Of a DNA stretch of 64,000 nucleotides, positions 29,389 through 38,020 are shown in pieces. Within the stretch, counting starts at the first letter, position 1, and each line of letters begins with the position of its first letter. The notes beneath the pieces are model-generated. The model saw nothing but the letters and a program-made list of their open reading frames with translations. It did not search any database and was not told the origin of the DNA. This stretch comes from an uncultured bacterium (lineage in GTDB: Bacteria > Campylobacterota > Campylobacteria > Campylobacterales > Sulfurovaceae): the NCBI GenBank assembly GCA_965544395.1, contig CBEUND010000001.1, positions 6,875 to 70,874 on the forward strand. Direction: 5' to 3'. The position numbers and the translations under genes were made by a program.

Positions 29389-30129
29389 TTATTTTGCACA
29401 TTTTGCTCCAAAATCTTTCATAGCATACTTGAGTACTGCTCCATCATCATCAGCAAAATATACATGTCCACTTGCATCAAATGCGATACCCTCTTGAGCA
29501 AATTTTTCTAAACCTAGCTTACATTGAATCTTCTCTTTTTTTATATCATAGCGTATCAGTAGATCTTTTTTATCACTGACAAGGTATAAAGAGTCGTTGT
29601 GGTATGCCAAACCTGCTGTATCGGCAACTTTGTGTTTGATAATATCCACTATTTTTGTATGGTATCTATCAAGCTTGACTACTGCGATAAACGAATCTTT
29701 TTTCTTTTTTGCCTGTTTTGCTAAGTAGTACTTTTTGCCTACTTTTGTGATCCCTTCTATTCCTGAAGATTTATCGAGTATTTTTATCTTCTTTCCTTGA
29801 TAGGTGGAGTCTAACTTCACAAGCTTTTTTTTGTTTGTACTCCTATCAACCAACAGAAAACCTCTATTTTCTGCAGCAAAAACGAACCGTTTCTTTTCAC
29901 AGACTACACCTTCAAGATCATATTTTCCTAGATGCTTTTTGTTAATAATCTCTCCATTGGTTTTTATCTCGTAGAGCCATCCTTCGTCATTGGTAACGAC
30001 AAGAGTATCACTCCCTTCACAGTAGTCAATACCTGATGCTTCGGGAATCTTGGCTATAGTATAACTCTCTATTTTACTAAAAAGTAGCGTTGTTCCGATA
30101 AAGAGTAGTATTAAAATATTTTTTATCAT
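29389..30129 (-). CDS. Secreted beta-propeller-like protein (SdiA-regulated/YjiK- or phytase-like family)
   Basis: Signal peptide. Repeated blade-like motifs PEASGIDY, DLEGVV, SGIEGIT, AGLAYH, EGIAFDASGHVYFADD. AGGAG Shine-Dalgarno 8 nt upstream; starts 15 nt after the KAP-FGE gene stop. Confidence 0.55.
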   Translation of the reverse strand: MIKNILILLFIGTTLLFSKIESYTIAKIPEASGIDYCEGSDTLVVTNDEGWLYEIKTNGEIINKKHLGKYDLEGVVCEKKRFVFAAENRGFLLVDRSTNKKKLVKLDSTYQGKKIKILDKSSGIEGITKVGKKYYLAKQAKKKKDSFIAVVKLDRYHTKIVDIIKHKVADTAGLAYHNDSLYLVSDKKDLLIRYDIKKEKIQCKLGLEKFAQEGIAFDASGHVYFADDDGAVLKYAMKDFGAKCAK

Positions 30130-30144
30130 GATAGATTCTCCTCT

Positions 30145-32505
30145 CTAATAAGGAACTTTTACAAGCCTAAACCCAACGATACCATAGCGATTGTTGTGTA
30201 CCATACAATCTATATCATTGGTATGTGTATCCGAAGCTACAAGATTCCAAGCACCACCACGAATAACCTTCTCCTCTTTGTTGTCACCACACCAGTCATC
30301 ACACCACTCCCAGACATTCCCATGCATATCATATAATCCCAAATCATTTGGTATTTTATTGCCTACGGGGTGTGTCTTTTTCCCACTATTATCTCTATAC
30401 CAAGCATAAGTACCTAGCTTTGAGATATCATCTCCAAAGTGCCATTCTAAATCTTTTCCTAAGTTACATGCGAGTGTCCACTCATCACTTGTAGGGAGTC
30501 TATATTTGACATTCTCTTTTTTGCTTCTCCATTCAGCATAGGAGACAGCATCATCCCAAGAGACATTGATCACGGGTCTCAATCCTCTACCCCATTCGTT
30601 GTCATCAGGTTTTTTCTTGCCTATATTTTCACAATATTTATCATATTGATTAAATGTAATCAAATGAGAACCCATTTCAAAATGGAAATATTTTGCAATT
30701 TCAGCAGACTTTGAGTGTTTTGCAACCAACGAGAACCATGCGACATTTTTGATAAAACCATTGCTTCTTGCTTTTTTCATTATCCTATCAAGCTGATTGA
30801 GTGATAAATACGCCTTATTTTCTGCAAAAAGATTATCTTCCTTGAATGCATCACTCCATGCTATAGGATCATTTGGAGCAAAAAGGAGTTTTTCAAAGTT
30901 TGGTGAGTAGATGACTTTACTCACTCTATCTTCAATATATTTGACATATCTACTATTTTCTAAGATATGTTTCAAACTCTTCTCTAAGTTGTTATCACTC
31001 AAATAGGTGCCATCAAAGACAGAGTCTAGCTCAAATCTATCTCTCGCTTCATAGTGTTCTTTGATATGTTTTAAGAGACTTCTATAGATTTTAGAAAATT
31101 TTTCTGTTTTAGCAATTTTTTTGATATATTTCTCTATAACTTCATAATCCTCTAGTGAGTTTTGTTCCTCTCGACTCCCTGCAATTCGAAAGGTTTCGAG
31201 GCGTTTCCAGAGTGATGCATGGTACTTAGTTTGGCTATGTATAAATTTCAAAAGTTTTGGCGAAAAGAGTTCAAGTAGCGTTACTTTTGCTAATAGCATC
31301 AGATCTATATCAAGCTCCAAATCATTGAGAAGTTTTAGTTTACTCTCAAACAAGCGTGCAACTCTCTTAATCTTCCTAGGTTTTGCTGGGATACTATGTG
31401 CAAAGAAATCAAGGAGATTTTTTGAAGGGAGCTCTATCTCCTCTCCATAGAGTTGTCTTTCTCTATAGTAGTTTTCATCGACTATATTGATCCACTCACT
31501 ACTATACTCTTCGAGAAACTCTCTGACATTTGTTGTATCTATACTAGGCAAATGAGTTGGTAGTTGTATCATCTTCTCTAAGTATTCATCACCAGTGATA
31601 GGAAGGTTGAGTGTAGAGTCATACAAAGCGTCTCCTACATTCTGATAATCTTTATAGTAGTGTGCTACTCCTCTCTCTATAATATCATCATTGAGTGAAA
31701 ATACAAACGCACAAGGTGGAACACGCAAAAAGAGTTCGATAGAGTTCAAGATGGTGAGTGTATGCTCAGGGAGACATCTATCTAAGTCATCAATGAGAAA
31801 AATAAAATTTACTTTCCCATAGAGAGCAATTTTTTCTATATATTGTGGGACACTTAGATAGATAGAGTCAAGTTTTTCTGGAGATACAATATGGGTTCTT
31901 ATATTAGCCATTGTACTCTCTTTGCTCAGGCTTTTTGTACTTTTTTGGTGATGTAATCCATAGTTGAGTGAACGCAAAATAATTTTTAGATTTGAAATAA
32001 TAAATTTCAACTCTATTTTTTTGTGTTCTCTAAGGTTTCTCTCATAATCCTCAATAGCTTGTATCAGTGTTTTTATGAGTGGAATAATGATATATTGTTC
32101 ATCTTCATAACGCCATGCATTAAATATGACAGGTATTGTTGTTGTCGGTAGTGCAGTTGTCTTTTTGATCAGATTATTTCTGATGAGATTGAGCTGATGC
32201 GTCTTGCCACTTCCTGACTCTCCAAAGATACCTACAGACAATGGCTCCAAACTCTTATACTCACCACAAACAAGATCATCTATAGCTTTTTGATACGATT
32301 TGATATCCTTTGCACTCTCTTGTAGTAAAAAAATGTCATCGTTGTTGGTAGTTGTGTCTTGTCGATAATCATATATCGCCTCCTTGAGAGTATCACAAGC
32401 TGTCACAGTATTATAGAGTGTTTGGAAATTACGCTCAATCTGTTCTGTTATCACATTTGCATAGCTATGTGTTTGTCTTGAAATATCTTTTTTATACATA
32501 TTCAA
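30145..32505 (-). CDS. KAP-family P-loop NTPase fused to a C-terminal FGE-sulfatase (SUMF1-like) domain
   Basis: Walker A GIFGESGSGKTH, FNAWRYE, FIFLIDDLDRCLPEH, MIQLPTHLP and PAKPRKIKRV (KAP signatures). The C-terminal approximately 170 aa carry VSWDDAVSYAEW, RLPTSDEW, YDMHGNVWEWCDDW, IRGGAW and GFRLV. Confidence 0.8.
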   Translation of the reverse strand: MNMYKKDISRQTHSYANVITEQIERNFQTLYNTVTACDTLKEAIYDYRQDTTTNNDDIFLLQESAKDIKSYQKAIDDLVCGEYKSLEPLSVGIFGESGSGKTHQLNLIRNNLIKKTTALPTTTIPVIFNAWRYEDEQYIIIPLIKTLIQAIEDYERNLREHKKIELKFIISNLKIILRSLNYGLHHQKSTKSLSKESTMANIRTHIVSPEKLDSIYLSVPQYIEKIALYGKVNFIFLIDDLDRCLPEHTLTILNSIELFLRVPPCAFVFSLNDDIIERGVAHYYKDYQNVGDALYDSTLNLPITGDEYLEKMIQLPTHLPSIDTTNVREFLEEYSSEWINIVDENYYRERQLYGEEIELPSKNLLDFFAHSIPAKPRKIKRVARLFESKLKLLNDLELDIDLMLLAKVTLLELFSPKLLKFIHSQTKYHASLWKRLETFRIAGSREEQNSLEDYEVIEKYIKKIAKTEKFSKIYRSLLKHIKEHYEARDRFELDSVFDGTYLSDNNLEKSLKHILENSRYVKYIEDRVSKVIYSPNFEKLLFAPNDPIAWSDAFKEDNLFAENKAYLSLNQLDRIMKKARSNGFIKNVAWFSLVAKHSKSAEIAKYFHFEMGSHLITFNQYDKYCENIGKKKPDDNEWGRGLRPVINVSWDDAVSYAEWRSKKENVKYRLPTSDEWTLACNLGKDLEWHFGDDISKLGTYAWYRDNSGKKTHPVGNKIPNDLGLYDMHGNVWEWCDDWCGDNKEEKVIRGGAWNLVASDTHTNDIDCMVHNNRYGIVGFRLVKVPY

Positions 32506-32550
32506 ATCCTCGTATCATAAATTTTATCTTAAACTTATAGGTTCAAGTGA

Positions 32551-33288
32551 TTAGGAGATATTAGTATATACCGCTTGTACATCCTCATCATCTTCAAGTT
32601 TGTCTATCAGCGTATCTACTTCATCCATCTGCTCATCTGTCAACTCTATAGGTGTATTGGCAATGCGTTGGAGTTCCGCTTTGTTTATGGCAATACCTCT
32701 CTCTTCAAGTGCATGGGAGAGTTCACCAAATGATGTAAACTCACCAAATACTCTCAAGATAGGTTTATCTTCACCATTGTCTTGAGGCTCTACATCCTCT
32801 TCTATCTCTTCTAAGCCAAAATCTATCAGCTCAAGCTCAAGCTCTTCGAGATCTATATCTTCTGTTTTATCAAAGACAAATACTGCTTTGCGAGTAAACA
32901 TAAAGTCAAGAGAGCCATTTTGTAGGATATCCCCACCATTTCTTGTCAATATAGCTTTGATATTGGCTACAGTTCTTGTATGATTGTCCGTTGCGGCATC
33001 TATAAAAAGAAGCACGCCATGGTGTGCTTTTGCCTCATAACTTAACTCTTTGATATCTGCCGCATCTTTACCACTCGCTCTTTTGATCGCTGCTTCGATA
33101 TTGTCTTTTGGCATATTTTGTGCTTTGGCATTGAGAATAGCTGTTCTAAGTTTTGGATTCATATCTGGATCAGCCCCACCATCTTTTGCAGCCATTGTGA
33201 TGATCTTTCCTAGTTTGGGAAATACTCTTGACATTGTACCCCATCTCTTCATTTTGGCTGCTTTTCGATACTCAAATGCTCTACCCAT
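32551..33288 (-). CDS. yebC: YebC/PmpR-family transcriptional regulator
   Basis: [35 protein letters not shown], the canonical YebC N-terminus. Confidence 0.95.
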   Translation of the reverse strand: MGRAFEYRKAAKMKRWGTMSRVFPKLGKIITMAAKDGGADPDMNPKLRTAILNAKAQNMPKDNIEAAIKRASGKDAADIKELSYEAKAHHGVLLFIDAATDNHTRTVANIKAILTRNGGDILQNGSLDFMFTRKAVFVFDKTEDIDLEELELELIDFGLEEIEEDVEPQDNGEDKPILRVFGEFTSFGELSHALEERGIAINKAELQRIANTPIELTDEQMDEVDTLIDKLEDDEDVQAVYTNIS

Positions 33289-33467
33289 ATTATCTTTCCT
33301 TCAAATTCATTTTTGCTATTATATCCCCAATGCACTTAAGGCTACCCTCTTGAAAATATGGCATAATTAGCCTAAGGAAGTGTACAAAAATAAATATACC
33401 AAAGTGACGCAAAACTTTTGTTTCTAGTTGCTAAGGGAGTCAGAATAGTAAGAAAAGGAATAAAATT

Positions 33468-34580
33468 ATGGAATATATGGCACTTTTTTTCAATGCTCTC
33501 ATAGAGTTGAGTAATGCTATGGCTCCTTACATCTTGTTTGGGCTTATTTTTGCAGGTATTTTACATGAGTTAGTACCTGATACTATTGTTAAAAATCATT
33601 TAGGAGAAGAGTCGATTTGGTCAGTGATAAAAGCGACTCTATTTGGTATCCCTCTTCCTGTTTGTTCTTGTGGGGTTATACCTCTTGCAACGAGTATAAA
33701 AAAGAGTGGAGCGAGCAATGGTTCTACTCTCTCTTTTCTTATCTCCACGCCTATAACTGGTGTTGATAGTATTTTGGCAACTTATGGAATGTTTGGTTGG
33801 GCTTTTACACTCTACCGTGTAGTGACATCTATGATTATCTCTATTGTTGCAGGAGTAGTTACAAACTTCTATGGTGATGCAGAGAGAGAGTCATCAAAAA
33901 AGGTACAATCCACATTTAGTGTACAAAAACCTACTCTTACTGTAGCTCATAGTATAAACTTCGCATTTGTGCAAAGAGCATCGGATGTATCTCCTAAAAA
34001 AAAGAGTATCATCAAGCAGACAAAAGATGCATTTGGCTATGCGTTTAATACACTTTTGGGTGATATAGCTTCACCACTTTTAGTAGGAGTTTTCTTGGGA
34101 GCATTTATAACAGTGGCTATTCCTCAAAACCTAAGTCTACTCCTTACAGAATACTCTTGGTTTTCATACCTTATAGTTCTCGCTATTGCTATACCTATGT
34201 ATGTTTGTGCGACGGCATCTCTACCGATAGCAGCTGGACTCATGCTAGCAGGTGTCAGCCCTGGTGCTGCATTTGTCTTTCTCTCTGCGGGACCAGCGAC
34301 AAATACGGTGACTTTAGGAGTAGTCAAAAAGATGCTAGGTATGCGTACACTCTACATCTACCTAGGCACTATCATCATAGGTTCTACTCTTTTTGGTTTT
34401 GGACTTGATTATATACTCCGTGATATTGCTATCACAGATTTAGTACATTTTCACGAAGAAGCAAGCCTTGTAGCAATGCTCTCAAGTGTAGTACTTTGGA
34501 TTTTTGTTTTTTATCATATACTCAAACCGTACTTTACCAAAAAAGATGCATGTGATGGTGGCAGTTGTTGCACTGATTAG
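33468..34580 (+). CDS. DUF318/ArsP-family permease (SO_0444-like putative metal or metalloid efflux transporter) with Cys-rich C-terminus
   Basis: Polytopic 370 aa. PVCSCGVIPLA motif in an early TM segment. C-terminal KKDACDGGSCCTD cluster. Confidence 0.7.
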   Translation: MEYMALFFNALIELSNAMAPYILFGLIFAGILHELVPDTIVKNHLGEESIWSVIKATLFGIPLPVCSCGVIPLATSIKKSGASNGSTLSFLISTPITGVDSILATYGMFGWAFTLYRVVTSMIISIVAGVVTNFYGDAERESSKKVQSTFSVQKPTLTVAHSINFAFVQRASDVSPKKKSIIKQTKDAFGYAFNTLLGDIASPLLVGVFLGAFITVAIPQNLSLLLTEYSWFSYLIVLAIAIPMYVCATASLPIAAGLMLAGVSPGAAFVFLSAGPATNTVTLGVVKKMLGMRTLYIYLGTIIIGSTLFGFGLDYILRDIAITDLVHFHEEASLVAMLSSVVLWIFVFYHILKPYFTKKDACDGGSCCTD

Positions 34581-34597
34581 CTCAAGAGTGGGAGTAA

Positions 34598-34685
34598 GCT
34601 GTCGAAAAACCCCTAAATCACTCACTGATTCATTATTTGAAAATGGATACAACTATAGAATATGATCTGTTTTCGACAGCCTAGG
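34598..34685. repeat. Inverted repeat (GCTGTCGAAAAAC / GTTTTCGACAGC) flanking a 58-nt spacer, including a copy of CCTAGGCTGTCGAAAA
   Basis: Arms at 34598-34610 and 34669-34680, located between the convergent permease and helicase genes. The 16-mer at 34670-34685 is the reverse complement of 21470-21485. Confidence 0.6.
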
Positions 34686-34723
34686 ATGGGAGTATACTAT
34701 ACTGCTCCAAAAAAAATGCACCG

Positions 34724-36445
34724 CTATGAAGAAAAGAGCAGAGCCAGCTTAATCTCATCATAACTCACTTCACCACCCAATACATCAAATATTGGCTTGA
34801 GTCTCATCTCTCCTTTGTCGGTGAAAAGCTCCTCATCTCCACTCTCTTTGAGACTGCTTACTGCTTCTATAATTTTGGGGGAGTAGGATTCGCTCTTTTG
34901 AAATTTGCTCAAATCCAAGCTCTCATCCTCTTTTTTGAGAGTGGCTAAGTGGCTTATGATAGTTGCTTTGCTCACACCTCTATATTTGGCGATATCTATG
35001 ATAGTATCACACTTCTCCAAGAGATTTTTTGTTTTGATATGTGTAGGGGTTTTGTAGCTATTTGCTGAGAGCGTACCACTCTCTATCTGTACTCTCCGCT
35101 CTTCTATCTCTGCTTTGTTAACTATGCCACCCATTCGCTCTATGTAGCTATCATATATACTATCTAACTGTTCGCTAGGGATAGACTCTATCTCTTCGGT
35201 TGCTTTTGCAGAGGCAGCTTTGATACGATCATCTATACGAAGTGTGAGTGGATCTACGGCGAGTGCCATATCGTTGAGTCCCATGAGTCTCAATCCATCT
35301 ATACTCTTGATACGGGAGAGGGCAACATAGCCTTGTCCTCTCTCAAATGTCTTAGAGAGATCGATCTGGGCTGCATCGAGTGTCATGCCCTGAGATTTGT
35401 GTATAGTGATAGCCCATGCTAGTCGTAGAGGTATCTGTGATACTTTTGCGGAGATCACACCGCTTTCGTTTTCTAGTGACCAATCCTCCATCTCTATCTT
35501 GATCTTCCTGCCTGAGGAGAGACGCACTATAGGGAGAGAGTCATGCCCATCAAAACCTGTGATGATACCTGTAGAGCCATTGACATATCCCTGTTCGGGA
35601 TTGTTTTTGATACATATCACTACGGCATTTTTCTTGAGTGCCAACTCCTCTACTACGAGAGAGGATTTGAATATCTTCTCTATATTACTCTTGCTTCCTT
35701 TGGTTTCTGCTGTGAAATATATAACTCTATTGGGTAATTTATCAAGCTCCTCTTGGTTGATCCTATCTACATCTACATTGTGTGTATAGAGCTTGGTATG
35801 TGTAAATTCTCCTGCCAACTCTTTGTGATAGCGAGACTCCAAGAGTGCGTGTGAAGTTGCAGTGATCTCTCCCCTACGGATATCATCAAGCAGAGAGATC
35901 AATCGCTCATCATCCTGCCTAAACTTCTCTGAAAGATAGCAACTCTTGAGTGCCAACTCTCTCCAAGCAGAAGCTTGCCAAGCAAAGCGTTTCTCTTGGT
36001 AGCCTTGGGTGACTGGAGGAAGCTGAAAGAAGTCACCAGAGAGTATCACCTGCACACCGCCAAAGGGCATAGTGTCGTTTTTGAACCCTCGCAGTATCAT
36101 ATCCATCGCAGAGAAGAGCTCAGGAGAGACCATAGATATCTCATCTATGATCAATATTTTGAGTTTGGCAAATCGTGATACTATATGTTTTTTGCTTCGT
36201 AAAAACTCCACATATTCCTCATCTATACTGTCGCGGATACCGAGCGAGAAGTAGGAGTGTATCGTCTGTCCTTTGAGGTGCGATGCGGCTATACCAGTAG
36301 GAGCCACCACTGTGGGATAGACTCTCCGCTCTTTGAGGTAGCGTATATAGCTGTTGAGTAGGTATGTTTTGCCTGTGCCAGCAGAACCAGTGATGAAAAT
36401 ATTTGCTCCTGATTTGAAAAGTTTTAGGGCTGTTTTTTGTTGCAA
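34724..36445 (-). CDS. Pif1/RecD-like SF1 helicase with C-terminal helix-turn-helix region
   Basis: Walker A ITGSAGTGKTYL, APTGIAA, Walker B LIIDEISMV, SGDFFQLPPV, ITIHKSQG. The C-terminal approximately 120 aa are HTH-like (IAKYRGVSKATIISHL). Confidence 0.85.
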   Translation of the reverse strand: MQQKTALKLFKSGANIFITGSAGTGKTYLLNSYIRYLKERRVYPTVVAPTGIAASHLKGQTIHSYFSLGIRDSIDEEYVEFLRSKKHIVSRFAKLKILIIDEISMVSPELFSAMDMILRGFKNDTMPFGGVQVILSGDFFQLPPVTQGYQEKRFAWQASAWRELALKSCYLSEKFRQDDERLISLLDDIRRGEITATSHALLESRYHKELAGEFTHTKLYTHNVDVDRINQEELDKLPNRVIYFTAETKGSKSNIEKIFKSSLVVEELALKKNAVVICIKNNPEQGYVNGSTGIITGFDGHDSLPIVRLSSGRKIKIEMEDWSLENESGVISAKVSQIPLRLAWAITIHKSQGMTLDAAQIDLSKTFERGQGYVALSRIKSIDGLRLMGLNDMALAVDPLTLRIDDRIKAASAKATEEIESIPSEQLDSIYDSYIERMGGIVNKAEIEERRVQIESGTLSANSYKTPTHIKTKNLLEKCDTIIDIAKYRGVSKATIISHLATLKKEDESLDLSKFQKSESYSPKIIEAVSSLKESGDEELFTDKGEMRLKPIFDVLGGEVSYDEIKLALLFSS

Positions 36446-36512
36446 GTTACTCTCCTATACCTATATTAGAAATCTCCCAAAACAAAAATCCTGCGTCATC
36501 TTGATAGAATTA

Positions 36513-37907
36513 TCAGGAGCTTCTCAAAGACTCCAGCCACTCCTTGATACTCTCTATCTGCTCTATTGTCCTCACTGTGGCTGTGCCTCCTTGTGATTGT
36601 CTAGCATTCATAGAGGCTCTGTTGTCCAAGAGTTCTATGACATCTTGACCTATCCTCTCATCTATGGATTGGAGTTGTTCGAGTGAAAGCTCCGAAATAT
36701 CGACCCCAAGCTCCTCTGCTAAGTTGACTACATTGCCAGTGATATGGTATGCATCTCTAAACGGCAACCCCTGCTCACGCACGAGATAGTCTGCCAAATC
36801 TGTAGCACTCAAGTGACCTATCATGCAAGCCTTTTGCATCTTCTCTCTATTGATGGACATATCGGCTATCATTTCGTTGAGGACTTGTAGTGAGAGTAGG
36901 GCTGTTTTGACAGAGTCAAATACCCCCTCTTTGTCCTCTTGCATATCTTTGTTGTAGGCAAGTGGGAGACCTTTCATTACGGTAAGCAAAGAGATGAGAT
37001 TGCCATTGACTCTGCCTGTTTTCCCTCGTAGAAGTTCTGGGATATCTGGATTTTTCTTTTGTGGCATGATAGAGGAGCCTGTAGCATGTCTATCGGAGAG
37101 TGTGACCCACCCAAACTCACTCGATGACCAGAGTATCAACTCTTCACTCAAACGGCTAATATGCATCATCATAGTAGAGATATTAAAGAGTATTTCAAGA
37201 GCAAAATCTCTATCACTCACCGTATCAAGACAGTTGAGGGTAGGAGCATCAAACCCCAATTTATCTGAAGTAATTTCACGAGAGATAGGATGTGGTGTCC
37301 CTGCAAGTGCAGCACACCCTATAGGAGAGTTATTGTTTCGCTCATAGGAGTTGATAAATCGTTCATAGTCTCGCTTGAACATACTCACATATGCCATCAT
37401 ATGGTATCCGAAGTTTATCGGCTGTGCATGCTGTAGATGGGTCATCCCTGGGAGCATCACTTCTGCATTCTCTTGTGCTTTGGTGAGCAGTGTTTGGATA
37501 TTTTCCAAGAGTAGTTGAGCTATTGCTCGATCATTTTTGAGTACAAAGAGTCGAAAGTCTAGGGCTATTTGGTCGTTGCGACTTCGAGCAGTATGGAGTC
37601 GTTTGCCTGCATCTCCTATCTTTTGAGTGAGCCGTCCCTCTATAGCCATATGGATATCTTCATCATCCCCATCGAGCAGAAACTCGCCTGACTCTATCTC
37701 ACGGAGTATTGCATCTAATCCAGCATCTATCTGCTGATAATCCTCTCTGTTGATAATCCCCTGTTCACTCAACATAAAAGCATGTGCTTTTGAACCCTCT
37801 ATATCTTCGTGGTAGAGTATTTTGTCAAATGGAAGCGAGTTGTTGAGCTCTTGCAGAAGCGAAGAGCTTTTTTGTGAAATCCGTGCTGATGCGATTTTGG
37901 TTGCCAT
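36513..37907 (-). CDS. argH: Argininosuccinate lyase
   Basis: Fumarate-lyase signature [20 protein letters not shown]-like TARSRNDQ; 464 aa. Confidence 0.97.
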   Translation of the reverse strand: MATKIASARISQKSSSLLQELNNSLPFDKILYHEDIEGSKAHAFMLSEQGIINREDYQQIDAGLDAILREIESGEFLLDGDDEDIHMAIEGRLTQKIGDAGKRLHTARSRNDQIALDFRLFVLKNDRAIAQLLLENIQTLLTKAQENAEVMLPGMTHLQHAQPINFGYHMMAYVSMFKRDYERFINSYERNNNSPIGCAALAGTPHPISREITSDKLGFDAPTLNCLDTVSDRDFALEILFNISTMMMHISRLSEELILWSSSEFGWVTLSDRHATGSSIMPQKKNPDIPELLRGKTGRVNGNLISLLTVMKGLPLAYNKDMQEDKEGVFDSVKTALLSLQVLNEMIADMSINREKMQKACMIGHLSATDLADYLVREQGLPFRDAYHITGNVVNLAEELGVDISELSLEQLQSIDERIGQDVIELLDNRASMNARQSQGGTATVRTIEQIESIKEWLESLRSS

Positions 37908-38020
37908 GGTTATTATCCCTCATGTTTTGTTTAGAATTATGCCATATTAAATCTTTTTTTTTAAGTTATAGAGTATATAATGAGTAATAATCGAAATAAA
38001 ATTTGTAGGTATCAGATAGC

